NCBI GenBank assembly: GCA_030141605.1
Contig: JAQGDQ010000018.1
Coordinates: 248,001 to 312,000 of the forward strand
Origin: Tubiluchus corallicola
Lineage: Eukaryota; Animalia; Priapulida
Length of the DNA stretch: 64,000 bases
Reading direction: 5' to 3'
The notes under the pieces: generated by a model
Seen by the model: only the letters and a program-made list of their open reading frames with translations
Databases searched by the model: none
Told to the model about the DNA's origin: nothing
Shown: positions 36,801 through 48,734 of the stretch, in pieces
How the letters are laid out: each line of letters begins with the position of its first letter
How positions within the stretch are numbered: the first letter of the stretch is position 1
Position numbers and translations under genes: made by a program

Positions 36801-39800
36801 AAGTTTGATGAACAACATCACAAGTTGTTCCTTCAGGGCAACAATGCTCTTCATCCTCACAGCAGACTGCTTTTGGCAAAGGACAACATCCGTACTGACC
36901 TAGATGAAAACAACTTTGTTTCATGATAAAAATGCTTGCAAATTTGTCCCAAAAAGATAAATTTTTGGTTACTTGTTCCATGTGGCATGCAAAGTTATAT
37001 AACTTCAGTATTAACAAGAAGTTTTTTATCATTCCAATCAAAATAAAGAACAATATTTTATTGTACTCATTATCACAGAATTCATTGAATACGTTTGTGT
37101 TTTCATTTCCAAATAAATCTACAAATGACTTTAGAAGATGTAGATAACAAGCATATCCTATTTTCAACACCTTGAAGTAACAGTAAAGAAAAAATGGAGC
37201 TTATTTTGTTATTAACTATGATTGATTCATTTGGTAAAATGTTCTCAAAAATAATCTGGACAAAAGCTTTTTCTTGGATTTTTTCTAGCAGCTTCTTATC
37301 AATGACTTTTATGTTAGTCATTAAAACAACAAACTAAACTAACAAATGCTGTTAATCATACATAAAAAGCTAATTTTGGTTAATACAAAGCAGATGATAT
37401 ACCCGAGAAGCCGAGTCGCATACTAAATATTAGTGATGAGCTACAAATCTGTGATTTTATGTTTTCAAGCTATACTGTACAGTGTACACAGCCCTATGAA
37501 ATCTGCTTAAGTTTCTTTTATTAGGTTCGACAAATTTAAACATCACTTTTCAATAATGAAATGCTACTTAGAGAAGAATTAAACGAAAAAGCGAACAGTT
37601 GCAAAGAATTAAAAACAATAAATATAGAAGCTTAAAGCTAAGAAAAGCAGAAATATTCTCTAGTGAGCGATAAGACAAGAACCTACCATGTAGCCTAATA
37701 TGCAAACAAAGGTTTTGTGTGATTGAGTGCAAACATGAAAACTCTGTGAAGTGAACTCAGCAAGCACAGAACTTACAGTTGAAGGCATTACTACTTAAAA
37801 TAGGAAATCTAGTACCTAGCTAACCTCATTTTGTAGTCTTAGCTATAACTTTAAAAGCAGGCCAATGACAGGGCCAAATGTGCTTCCAAATGCAATTATC
37901 AGTGCTGTCCTCAACACGGCGGTCAGGCAAGCTAGGCAGCATGACGTCGTTACCAAAACTTAATCTTGCTTAACTCAGTGAACAGAAGCAAAGTGTGGGA
38001 AGCAAAGTTAGCAGACTACGTGTAGCGTGTGCTGCGCAGTGTGTGCAGTCTGAGTTATAATTGCAAAACCCTTCATATATATATATATATATCAGTCTGA
38101 CTCTGAAGCTTATTTATGGAATCATCCAACACATGTGCAGCCTTAACATGGGAATACACAAGCCAAAAAATGAAAAAAAATGGACTACAGACAGCTCCCA
38201 GTATTATTTCTAGGGGTTTTTGCTATAATTGTTGATATATCCTAAATATGATAAAAATAACATCTGCTGAAATACTGCTTTTGTGACTGGCTTAGTTCGG
38301 CAACTGCCTAATATACCATTCATATGCTACTATATATACTACTAATATATTACTTATATCCTGTAAGATACATTAAACTTTGTTTATTTTTTATTGTTTA
38401 TTCTTTTTCATTTTGTTACACTGATTTTAATAGCTGAAATTACTAAATTAAGTTACAAAAAACTTTTTCTATCAACATTGGCACTCAGGGCACTGTGATA
38501 TCAGTCTAAAAAGCGCTCAAAGCAGAAAAAGATATCAAACAGATATATTTTTATAACCCTTAGATTTATTTGGGTATATTACCTAAACTTTATGCATATC
38601 AATTTAAGGCATAAATGAAAAGCCTTAATAAGTCAATATAGGCAAATAAAGCAGTTAAAAATGAACCAGCAAATAGCTGCAATAACTCAAGCAAACTAAA
38701 AATTTTGAGGAAACTGCAATATTCCTTTTCAATGTTAGACCAGTATTTGCAACACTAATTACTTAGGAAAGAAATGATTATCTCCTACCTGTGGTCATGA
38801 GGCAGCAAGTAGAGCCATCAGGACATTCACTTTTCCCATCGGGACAAACAATAGATGAAACACCAGAAGCAGAGGCTACGTTAGTTAGCTCATCATCCGA
38901 TTTTACAATAGCTTCAAATTTTTCATACCTAAACATATTTATAACTAGTTATAAGAATATAAGATCTCTACTGAAGTAAGTACTGTAATTACAACGTTAA
39001 AGAAAAAAGTACTTAGTTGGCAATTTCTAAGCTAACATCTAATAATCAGAACAAGTTAGTAATTGTCATAGGTAATAAATAAGTATATTTCAAACTATAG
39101 GTCAGAATGGGGCATTTTCTGAAAAATCTATCTTATGTTTCTATGATTGATGATTTTACTGTCCCTCCCTTTTTCACTGTTATTCTGCATTATCAAGCCA
39201 GATGGGATTCAAAAAAAACACAGTGTCTTAAAAGAAATACGTTACACACCAGAAATGGAATGCATCCTAAAGACATTTTTACTTAAATTAACGAGAGCTT
39301 TGATACCACTGACAAAATTAGAGCGTCCTAACCACATACACAGAGAAAACTGGATATGCTAATCTTGGCTAACTATGCAATTCTCATGTATTCATGCATC
39401 CAACTGCAAACCCAGAGCCAACAGTGCTTATTTTTGGAACTGGTTCCAATCTAAGTTAGTATACAAGCACTGAAAAAAATTCAGTGTGCATTGCAAAATC
39501 AAACAATCACCACTAGCATTACTTTCCTACTTTTTGCCAGTGGCGTAACAGCCATAACTATACTTAAGAGGGCTGACCAGCAAACTATGAAATGGATCTC
39601 CAACACTAACCATGCAGCAAAGCACCCCTCCCTGACCTGAACAGAAGTGTGCAAGAACACCGAAACCTCCTTTAGTGGGGCTGCATTTTCCTGATGGTAT
39701 TTTTAAATGCAGTTAAGAACTCTTTTAATAGGTTTTATATGTTAAGGATTAGTTCACTAACACTTTAATTGTATATAAACATAGTGCAAATTTGAGTATG

Positions 39801-42800
39801 TAATATGTTTATGTTGAAGTTAGAATTGCAATTAAACTTCAAATACATATTTTAGACTTAACTAACACAATATTTTAGACTGCTAACACTCTTAAGTGTT
39901 AAGTGGGCAGAAGTAATGTAATGACCATTACACAAATCAACATCTTTCTAGCCTTCTTATTAGCGAGAGAATTAATGTCATACAACACTGGCTTTTGTTT
40001 ATGTTAGCAGAATTACTGAGGGCTTTCTATGTTCCATGAGTTTACATTGTAATTGAAAACTTTATCTACGGTTAACACTACTCCTCACAAGCTAAAAAGT
40101 AACAACTATGTATGAGATTACTGTTCTAATTAATCTAACAGTTAAAAAAACTGGGAATTAAATTAGGACTCCTATCCGGGACTTTGCTAGCTTAAACATA
40201 CTTTCTACAGACCCTGACTTAGGTGGTCTATAGACCAGGTAACTTAACTTGATAGACAACAGGTGTATGAGTATATGCTTGTCAAGTGATTCAAGCCTTG
40301 ACTTAGTTTAGAAATTTCCATTGTCTTGTTTGTTGCCTCACATAAACTGCTGGAAAATTTCTGATAACATGCTTCCAAAACAAAATTAAAAAATATCCTT
40401 AAAAATGAAAAGAGCTTCTCCAAATAAGGAATTGAAGATATCTATTATCTAACTAGATTGCTGAACCTTCCTCCTCTGAATTTTTAATAGCTAAGAGAAC
40501 GCTTGAACTGTTGGGATGTGTAAATCGGTTAAGAAGTACTGTCTTAAAAACACTGTCACTTTCAAACATGAATTCTACTTGTACAACCCTAGGAGTGAAT
40601 AGGATGTTTATTGCACAAAATATTTCCAATTTAAATAACACTGCTTCTAGTAATTGTGAATTATTTGCTTATGAGCTTGAGCTCTACTGGCTTACTGAAG
40701 GGGAAAACCACCTACCTGGTATTTCCTGTGAAAAAATTCGTCAGATTTTGTATTATATTATAACTAACTAATGTTAATATTCTTCTAAATTATTACTAAA
40801 TAAATATTGATGAATTGCACTGCTATAATACATAAAGGTGCGAATAAAAACTTATATATATATATATATTTACAAACAAATAGTGATAAATATGAAATTC
40901 TTTTTGAAATGCTAAGCCATTACTCACCAAGGCAATGCAAAATCATTTGTTGTGCATTTGGAATGTGCTACGTCGCATTTTGTACCTTGTGGACAGCAAT
41001 GAACCTTGAAAAAATAAGTTCAACAATATTTTTAACAAGATTAACTGAAGCATTATACCACAGATAGTTTGAGCATCAGGATGAGCAGGTGCAGCTTTTA
41101 GACAGTATAACGAAAGTTTATCTTTCAAAATGATGTGTGTGTGTGGGGGGGGGGGCGTTCGTGCATGCTGTATATTTTAGTAGCAAACACAGCAACTGTA
41201 TATTTTACTTTTTGGTAAATATTCGATTTGATAAAAGCTGTGTGGACCCTTCTTCTTTGAGATCTTAAGCACATGCTTATTTTGCTTAGTAGCTAAGCCA
41301 GGACTGCCGGATGGGGCAAGTCCACACTTGATAAAGTACTAAATAGATCACCAGCCTTACAGTGTGAAAGTCAGCCATTAACGGTCGCACGATCAGAAAA
41401 CTGCGTGGTACACTCAAGAAAACAGTTAGTGTATAGCAAAATCATCTAATTACTTACTTAATTAGTTGATTATTTTACAAGAAGTGTGAACTATTGTTTC
41501 AGGACATGTACCTTGAACATTTGTGAAAAAACAGTGCTGAAGCTGGGCTTTAACATTAAGGAAATATCTATAGATGTCTTTTACATACCTAAATCTACTC
41601 ATAATATACCAAACAAAACTGCTTTGCAAGTAACTAACCAATAATGTTACCTTGTCAGCACAGCATACAGCTTTAGGAAGTGGACAACAACCCCATTGGC
41701 CAGTGGTCATCTTGCAACATGTACTTGAATCTGGACAATGAGATTTGCCATCTGGGCAAATAACATCCCCAAAATTTGACAGGAACAACAATACATCAGT
41801 AGCATCTGCTTTCTTCACTGGTTTTACACTTTTAGAACCGGGCTGATAAAAGAACAGAAAAATATTTTAGATATTTTAGATAGATGGCTAAAAATTCAAC
41901 TTTGTTTTAGAAATGCTTAAATATTTTCTACACAGACATGTTCAACAAAACAACAATGGAAGGCAGGACAGAGTTCATTGGAGTGCAGATCACTGACTCA
42001 CAACTGACTAACTCAGAGCACATTATGTATGAAGTTCAGCAGAAGTCAGCTGACCAGGTGAAAAGCTCATCAGGCTGGATGTTAAAATGATTAAATTTTT
42101 CATACTTATAGATGGATGTTAGTAATTTCACATAATAATTTTTTTATGTATTACTGATATAGAATGTGAAGTCTCCACATAGCCATATAATGTGAAATTT
42201 ACCAACAGCAAATTTTTGCATGCCATTTTGTTGTTTTCTGACGTGACAATTTAGCATTTGTTGATTTGTAAATTTAGCAATTTATGCGAGTAATGCAAAT
42301 GTATGCATGGTGCAGTCACACACCAAGCTTATATACATTGATGGAAAAATCGCAGACTTGACAATGTTTTATGCATAATAAAGTCAAATATTTGAAATAT
42401 ATGAATAATAAGCTTACATTTTAGTTCTTTCTTTGCTACTATCTTCATCATGAAGTTATTACAAACCAAGGTTTATTACAGCCTCAAATACTACCACAAA
42501 TCATGAAGACAGCAGGCTAATCACCTATCTAATGTTCACCACTAGATAATAGCAAGCACAATTGCTGATAATCAAAGCGCAATTGCAGCAGGTTTATGAC
42601 TAAGCATAAAAAAACAAAACAAAAATTTACATAATTTGCGAGCTGCATTTTGGCTTAGATGTCAATATCGACAATGACGAATACAATTAAGATTCTATGT
42701 CACATTATCCAATAGTGTCAAATTTATATTTTACCTTATCACAGGTATCATTTGAAAGATTACAGGTGTAGCCGTGAGGACAACAATGTTTATGGTCTGA

Positions 42801-43394
42801 ACAACAGACAGCATCTCTCAGGGTGCAGCAACCAAACTTCCCACCTTCACCTTCTGGACAACACGTTGTTCCTGCTGGGCATTTCCACTGCATAGCACAG
42901 ACAATAAAGTATCATCTACCCTTCATCAGTACGATATTAATGAATCCAATACCATGAAAACATGATGAAAATCATGTGCTATCATAGCAAGAATAGATTT
43001 TCTTACAAAAAGTTTCACTAATTGCAAAGTAAAATACATCATGAAATTTTATATCTTAATTCAAAAAAATTAAAAACAAGATGTAAAACATATAAATACA
43101 TAAATCACAAAAAATGGAATGCATAAACTGACCATAACATGACTGAGGAAATCAGGAAGATTTATTTTAAAAAATAGTTTTACATGAGTATTCTAAATTT
43201 TCTTTAGCCTAAGCTTTGCTGCTTTTTCAACTAACAGTACAAAATATACTTTAGTTACTAACCTTTCCACCTGGGCAAATAATGTCTCCTTTCACCTCCA
43301 CAAGTGCAAGATCATCACCAACACTGAACTTAAGTTTAGCAGCACTAACCATAAGAACCAGCATGCAAAATGCCATTATCTGGAAGAACTCCAT
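32658..43394 (-). CDS. GRN: Progranulin (granulin precursor), about 513 aa with 6 granulin domains if the decayed exon is skipped
   Basis: Exons 43394-43263, 42887-42735, 41842-41651, 41004-40928, 38928-38789, 36899-36675, 35134-34910, 33663-33436 and 32827-32658 join in frame. Signal peptide MEFFQIMAFCMLVLMVSA; repeated C-C-CC-CC-CC-HCCP-C-C granulin motif. Confidence 0.95.
33436..33663 (-). CDS. GRN: Progranulin exon (type B cassette)
   Basis: [34 protein letters not shown]...IICPDEKSECPDQTTCCIMTS; 228 nt. Confidence 0.93.
33766..33815. repeat. (GT)n/(GCGT)n microsatellite
   Basis: Direct reading. Confidence 0.93.
34910..35134 (-). CDS. GRN: Progranulin exon (type A cassette)
   Basis: [28 protein letters not shown]...VVCPDESQCPDGTTCCIMTT; 225 nt. 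Confidence 0.93.
35500..35705. repeat. Diverged ~105-bp tandem duplication in a progranulin intron
   Basis: aaaaggcaaaa..cttagtttttgcaca..taagaaattctcag..actccatgg twice. Confidence 0.75.
36261..36471 (-). pseudogene. GRN: Decayed progranulin exon (type B cassette) lacking its normal acceptor and the GQYGCCP segment
   Basis: [27 protein letters not shown]...IICPDGKSQCPDDTTCCIMTT with an intact donor. The 5' end reads ttattgcaaagtattcca instead of ttgcag|GTCAGTAYGGTTGYTGTCCT. Confidence 0.7.
36675..36899 (-). CDS. GRN: Progranulin exon 6 (type A cassette)
   Basis: [28 protein letters not shown]...VICPDKSSCPDSTTCCMMST; 225 nt, phase 1-1. Confidence 0.93.
38789..38928 (-). CDS. GRN: Progranulin exon 5
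   Basis: YEKFEAIVKSDDELTNVASASGVSSIVCPDGKSECPDGSTCCLMTT. Confidence 0.9.
40928..41004 (-). CDS. GRN: Progranulin exon 4
   Basis: VHCCPQGTKCDVAHSKCTTNDFALP(W); gtgagt donor; not in the ORF track. Confidence 0.9.
41651..41842 (-). CDS. GRN: Progranulin exon 3
   Basis: PGSKSVKPVKKADA...[38 protein letters not shown]. Confidence 0.93.
42735..42887 (-). CDS. GRN: Progranulin exon 2
   Basis: WKCPAGTTCCPEGEGGKFGCCTLRDAVCCSDHKHCCPHGYTCNLSNDTCDK. Confidence 0.93.
43263..43394 (-). CDS. GRN: Progranulin coding exon 1 (signal peptide)
   Basis: MEFFQIMAFCMLVLMVSAAKLKFSVGDDLALVEVKGDIICPGGK; acceptor 6 nt before ATG; gttagt donor. Confidence 0.88.
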
Positions 43395-43529
43395 GTTTTT
43401 CTGTAAAAAGAATATTGTGAAATGAAGGCAGCAAAAAGGCTTTGGGTAATTCAAAAAGTCCTGTACCATTGTCACCTATTAATATTCTTAAGCAAAAATC
43501 ACGTGTAGTTTTACCATTTTTAGGAGACT

Positions 43530-44990
43530 TTGATGGAAAGTCAGATTTTTATACAAAGAAACAATGGGGAAGAGGTTTGGCACAGGTTTAAAAGGAAGTA
43601 TTTGGTTGAAGTGAATGAACAAAATAAGTGGCATGAAGTGACAAGGAATTTCTGCGTTGGAGACATAGAGTTGTTAAAAGATGAAGGCTTACATAGGAAT
43701 CATTGGCCAATGGGTAAAGCAGTGCAATGCTACCCTGACAGTGAAGGACTGGTGAGAAGTGTTAAGCTGTGCATTGCCAGAAATAATTTGAGCAATGACG
43801 TGTGAAATGCTTGGAAAGACCAATCACTAAACTTATTCTACTTTTGGAATCTGAGGATAATCTTGAAAATAAGTGACTTTCAACTAACGTCAAGTGTGAA
43901 TATGAATAATTACTGAGCAGTTTAAATCTTGTTTTAATTGTTAGCAAATGAATATCACTTTAATTTTGTTCTAGCTAATTATTTTTTCTGCTCTAAATTT
44001 ACAGGAATCAGTTTGTTGAATTAAAAATATATGTATTTGTGATCAAATTTTGTGAACGTAACAAAATTTGCTTAAGCTGCTGAGTAAAAATTTAACCATA
44101 ATTTTGGTAAATATTTAGCCAGTACTAATTCTCTGTTATGGGGAATTCCCCATCGAGGGAGCTTAATTCGCATATATTATGTGAACTTTTAGTCTATGCT
44201 TAAAATTTTGTTTAAATTTAAGACTAAACATTGTGTAAACTTGCAAAGGCAAAAGTATAGCAGTTTTTCAAGAGTATTTAAGTTGTTTGTAACATTCATG
44301 ACATTTTGTTGCTTAACTAATTAGCCGTAATTTGTTGTTAAAGAAGAAGTACACACATTTATATAGTTTCTATTTAAAAGCTGTGTTTCAAATTTTGTGC
44401 TTTTAAGAATGCTTAGAGCATGACTGCAGTTGTAGGATAAAACCCAGTTTTAAATTTTTAAATCAGTTTAAAAAATTAAGTTAATTAAATTTTTTGGGAG
44501 CCATGTGTAGGTGTGCCCAGTTATTAAAGCTGCCAAAAAGATTTCTGGTATTAAATTTGCATTTGACATGACGCAGTGTCATAATTTCGTTGAAGACTTC
44601 TGTTTGTAGACCCAATTTTAATTTTAAAGTGAATAAAGTTATTAAGAGTTATTGTGGATGTTATGACTGAGTATTATGGAGTTAAAAGTGTCCTGCGACA
44701 GTAACAAGTATGATATAATAGACACAGCGTCAGTAAAATCTGATCAGTACAAACTAAAGCTTCAATCGCAAGTAGTGCAATACAAAATAGTGAGATAGCT
44801 AAAGTAACTGAAAAGCAAAAGAACTAGAGTTTAATAAACATATATGGCAAAAAGAACAGGAGCTTAAGCGAAACAATTACAACTTAAACAGGAAAATGAA
44901 TTCAAAATAATGCAAGCTCAAAAAGAAGCGGCAGTGGCACAGACAGAATTAGGGGCTAATGAGCATGACATGAAACAACAGTTAGCTTTG
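43530..44990 (+). mobile_element. BEL/Pao LTR retrotransposon remnant: pol 3' end, PPT, putative LTR, gag start
   Basis: VWHRFKRKYL..KW..RNFCVGDIELLKD..RNHWPMGKAVQCYPDSEGLVRSVKL...ERPITKLILLLE (BEL post-integrase domain); gggagcca then TG at 44504; AATAAA at 44632; CA|GTAAAA at 44732; frameshifted coiled-coil EFKIMQAQKEAAVAQTE. Confidence 0.75.
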
Positions 44991-46151
44991 TCGTGGGGGT
45001 GAGACCGATATGTTAATAATTATCATAATCATAATATGGCTTATGTATTCAATTGCAATTTAGAAATAGTTATTTGGCAAAAGTAAAATTTTGTTTTGAA
45101 CACTGAATCGCTTATATGTGTTGACTAAGGTTTAATATGCCTAATGAGGTGTTGCCACTGCCTAATTAAGTGTTGGAGTTATTGTCAACAGAAGTTTTTC
45201 TGACTACAACTTATGCGTATGTATACTTGCTCAAATCTGGGCAAGCCCTCTCTATCTCTAGCTCTCTTCCAGTTCAGACTATCTCAGATTATTAAAAATC
45301 GTTAAATTTCTTATTTTAATGCATCCTTATATTATATTTACATTTGTTATGTGCTTCAGAAAAGTATATACAAGTATATAGTGTTTAAAAAAATTTCTGT
45401 TGTTCGCTGTTCTGAAATTTCTTCATCAATCAAGTTTGTCCAAATTGGGGCCATCTTGACAAGCTTCTTTACTGACTCATTCAATGAATTGGTTTACCAA
45501 AGCAATATTTCTGAAAAACAATAGCTTATTATGACTAGGTTGACTCTCTACATTCTAGCCCAGATAATAACGTCAAGGCCAGCTGCTATCTTGATTGCCC
45601 AGTAAACCGAATCTAATAAGAGGGTTTAGAACAGTACCTTTACAATGGGTCTGTGACTAATAGTTGTCAAAATCAAGAAGATTACAAATCAGGCAAACAA
45701 AGCAAATCAAATCACAGAAAATTACATATCACATGTGACACACAGAATACTACAGAATGAGACTACTGCACAAATTGTTTTAAATGAAGAACCAATTGGT
45801 GTCAGTTTATATACACCTGCACAAGTGGTAAAAACATCTAATAGTCAGACTTAAACAGCAGTACATACAGCAGCTCAAGTCAATTCACAACCAAATTGTG
45901 ATCTAGATCAAGACATCACAAATTCAAGGCAAATAAATGTATAAAATCAGAACAAGCCAAAAAACGACGCACAGTTAACATATCCTCATAATTCACAAAG
46001 TCACTAGATGCACTAACAAAATAATGATACATTGAAACATGACAGATCAAGGTTTAACCCAGACATATGTACAAAATGTAGGCCTTTAGCAAGTACTGAC
46101 CTGCATTTTTTCATTACATTTGACAGCAGTAACACCGTTTAGTAACACCAG

Positions 46152-46241
46152 GAAATTCACACTCCGAAAATACAATTTCAATTCTTTGATGGTGATTTTC
46201 ATGATTTCTGGGAATTATTCAAAGAAGGACTTCACGCATAA
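46152..46241 (+). mobile_element. BEL/Pao gag (DUF1759-like) fragment
   Basis: EIHTPKIQFQFFDGDFHDFWELFKEGLH resembles the KLPKLxLPxFxGD..W..FW motif. Confidence 0.5.
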
Positions 46242-46267
46242 GAACAGGGAGTAGACAAGATGAAAAA

Positions 46268-47498
46268 CAGCGTGTTACTGTAATTAGATTACTTTTTATA
46301 GTGACGACTATTATAACGCAATTACTCTGCTTCATCTTGTAATCAGATTACCAGTAAAGCTACTTTGCAGTTACTTTGCTATCTATCCAACAATAGGCTT
46401 TTTTTATCATTTAGCATTATTTTAGCGCCTTCATTTTGCTTATCTCTGGCATGCAACACCTGTATGCACACAGCCACGTATTACTTTGCTCAGATAACTT
46501 TATTTGATATTGTACAGTTGTAGCTGAATTGTTTTATAAAATTTATATACTCAGTGCTTGGTCATGTGCACTGTAACGTAGGTGGCTCAGTAAAGCCAAG
46601 CCCAGTAAAGTACATCGCTGAACGGTGTGAACTCTATTGTGTGTGTTTGTTTGCAATGGATACGAGTGAAATAGGATATTTTGTCAAATTATAGTTTAGC
46701 CATTAAATTATATTTGTGAATGCTGAAAAACAAAACGTACAATTTGTATCACTACACCTGTGACTGGGAGACTATAGCTGCATCAGTCTGGAGGGCCAGA
46801 ATTTTGTTATGTTTCGCCAGAATCTAAGCAGGTTCTCGCCATGACTTTTTACGAGAATCCAGAGAATCAAGGTCTAAATTACATCTAGTTCATGTACGAT
46901 GAATTATAATTACGCCATCTGCGTTCTTGTTGAAATGAAAACGAGATTAAATCCCGACAATTTTTACATGCAACTCTGAATGAAAAGCGCAGTTCAAACA
47001 CGCTCATGAAGTAACTAAGTAAGCACGCAAGTGTAATATGGCAGCGCACGTGTTACCGCAAAGCAAAAAGCAAAAAAGTCAGATTAGTGCCAGTATGTCC
47101 TTTATTTTTTAACATTCAGGTAAAATCTGTGCAAATTTGCTTAGATTTGCATTAATGGGCACGAATGTTTACATGAATGATTCAGGGATTCATGTTCGAA
47201 ATTCTGGTACTCACCCATGAACTTTCCTAACTTGTCAGTAAAAATGTTGCAGTGAATTTTGCTGGAAAATTGTGAATTAAGCTAATGACATATTTAGAGA
47301 CATTACAAAAGCAACACTATGATTTCACTAAACAATTTCGTTAAAACATCACTCAAACTAGCACACAAAAGTAACCAGTAATCAGTAAGGGACTAACCTT
47401 GCTAAAAGTAATCAGTAATAAGTAATTTGATTATAATTTTTCTGAAGTAATCAGTAATCATACCAAATTACTTTTCAAAAGTAACGAACCTAACACTA
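46268..47498. mobile_element. Non-autonomous DNA transposon with GTTAC/GTAAC-GTAAT subterminal repeats (hAT-like MITE)
   Basis: Left end rich in gttac/gattac; right end rich in gtaac/gtaatc, ending cctaacacta; left terminus degraded. Confidence 0.6.
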
Positions 47499-47519
47499 TA
47501 GACATTCACTTGGCTTAAA

Positions 47520-48197
47520 GGAAATACGGACAATGAAACCAACAATGGATCTGATTTGTCATGTTTTACAGCCAACCACAAGCGCAGGCAATCGATTGTT
47601 ATTCAACGTGTGAATGAATTACGCGAATTATATCAATTACGTGAATTATGCGAATATTCAAAACTTGATAGTAATCCTGATTTAGACAAATTAGCCCTTT
47701 TCCTACACTGATTAGAAAAGGCATGTAATGAGTTAACCACCTGTCGTGAGGAATTCATAAAACATTTGAAATATAATGATAGCCTGAAAGAAGCTGTAGA
47801 CGATGAAAAATTCTTTGAATCTCCTGAATCTGTTACATATAAAGCTAATCGCCTCCTGACTAGATTAGAGTCTATTCACCATGATAATGCTAGTAATAGT
47901 ACAAGTGCAGTGCTGCACACAACATTTTAGCAAGAAACATCTTTACCGCGTTTTGAGTTGCCCAAGTTTTCTAGCTATTTTAAAGATTGGCGTCCGTTTT
48001 TTATAGCTTGTGTATCGCCACATACCTCCAAGACACGGCAGAGGAATGCCAGTGATAGAATCTCTCAAGCCGATGCAAATCTACTGTTGATATGCTGCAT
48101 AAGAGATTCGGTGATCGTTAACATGCATTCACAAACAACAGTCAATTTAAAACCAGTGCAAGACAATCGAGTCAAAGAATTCAAAAATCTCATTCTA
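47520..48197 (+). mobile_element. BEL/Pao gag pseudogene (DUF1759-like)
   Basis: ETSLPRFELPKFSSYFKDWRPFF, STVDMLHKRFG, IVNMH..VNLKPV; in-frame stops and frameshifts. Confidence 0.72.
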
Positions 48198-48406
48198 AGC
48201 TTGGCTTCGTTATTGGCTTTGCGAACAAGCTTCATGCCAAACTGTTGGACCCAAAGCTTCCATCTTTCATGTATATGTTTTTTTCTTTATTTTTACCGTT
48301 CACATATAGCCACCCATCAATCTAGGGATGAGTTTACCGACCATCTCCTTTTAAAGGGTTTGGTTTAGATGGTGCCTTCCAGTTCTTGGTCATAAACAGA
48401 TTTAAA

Positions 48407-48544
48407 TTTAATGTGTTGTGATGGATGATTGGTTAGCACCTACCTCAGGCCTGCAAACAGAAAGTTGTGGCTTGCTTTAATGTGTTGTGATGGATGATTG
48501 GTTAGCACCTACCTCAGGCCTGCAAACAGAAAGTTGTGGCTTGC
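48407..48544. repeat. Perfect 69-bp tandem duplication
   Basis: 48407-48475 is identical to 48476-48544. Confidence 0.95.
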
Positions 48545-48734
48545 TAACACAACAAAAAGTTTTAAATTAATCTGTGTAAACATTCAACTTTTTGCAAAAA
48601 TGTAGTACAATTCTGATAAGTTGTTTGAAATGTTTACAACTGATACTCAATACATACCAGTGTAACTTTCATATAACCTGGGCTTTGGTGAATAATGTTG
48701 TTTGATTTCTTTACAATCCCTGATATGGTATTGT

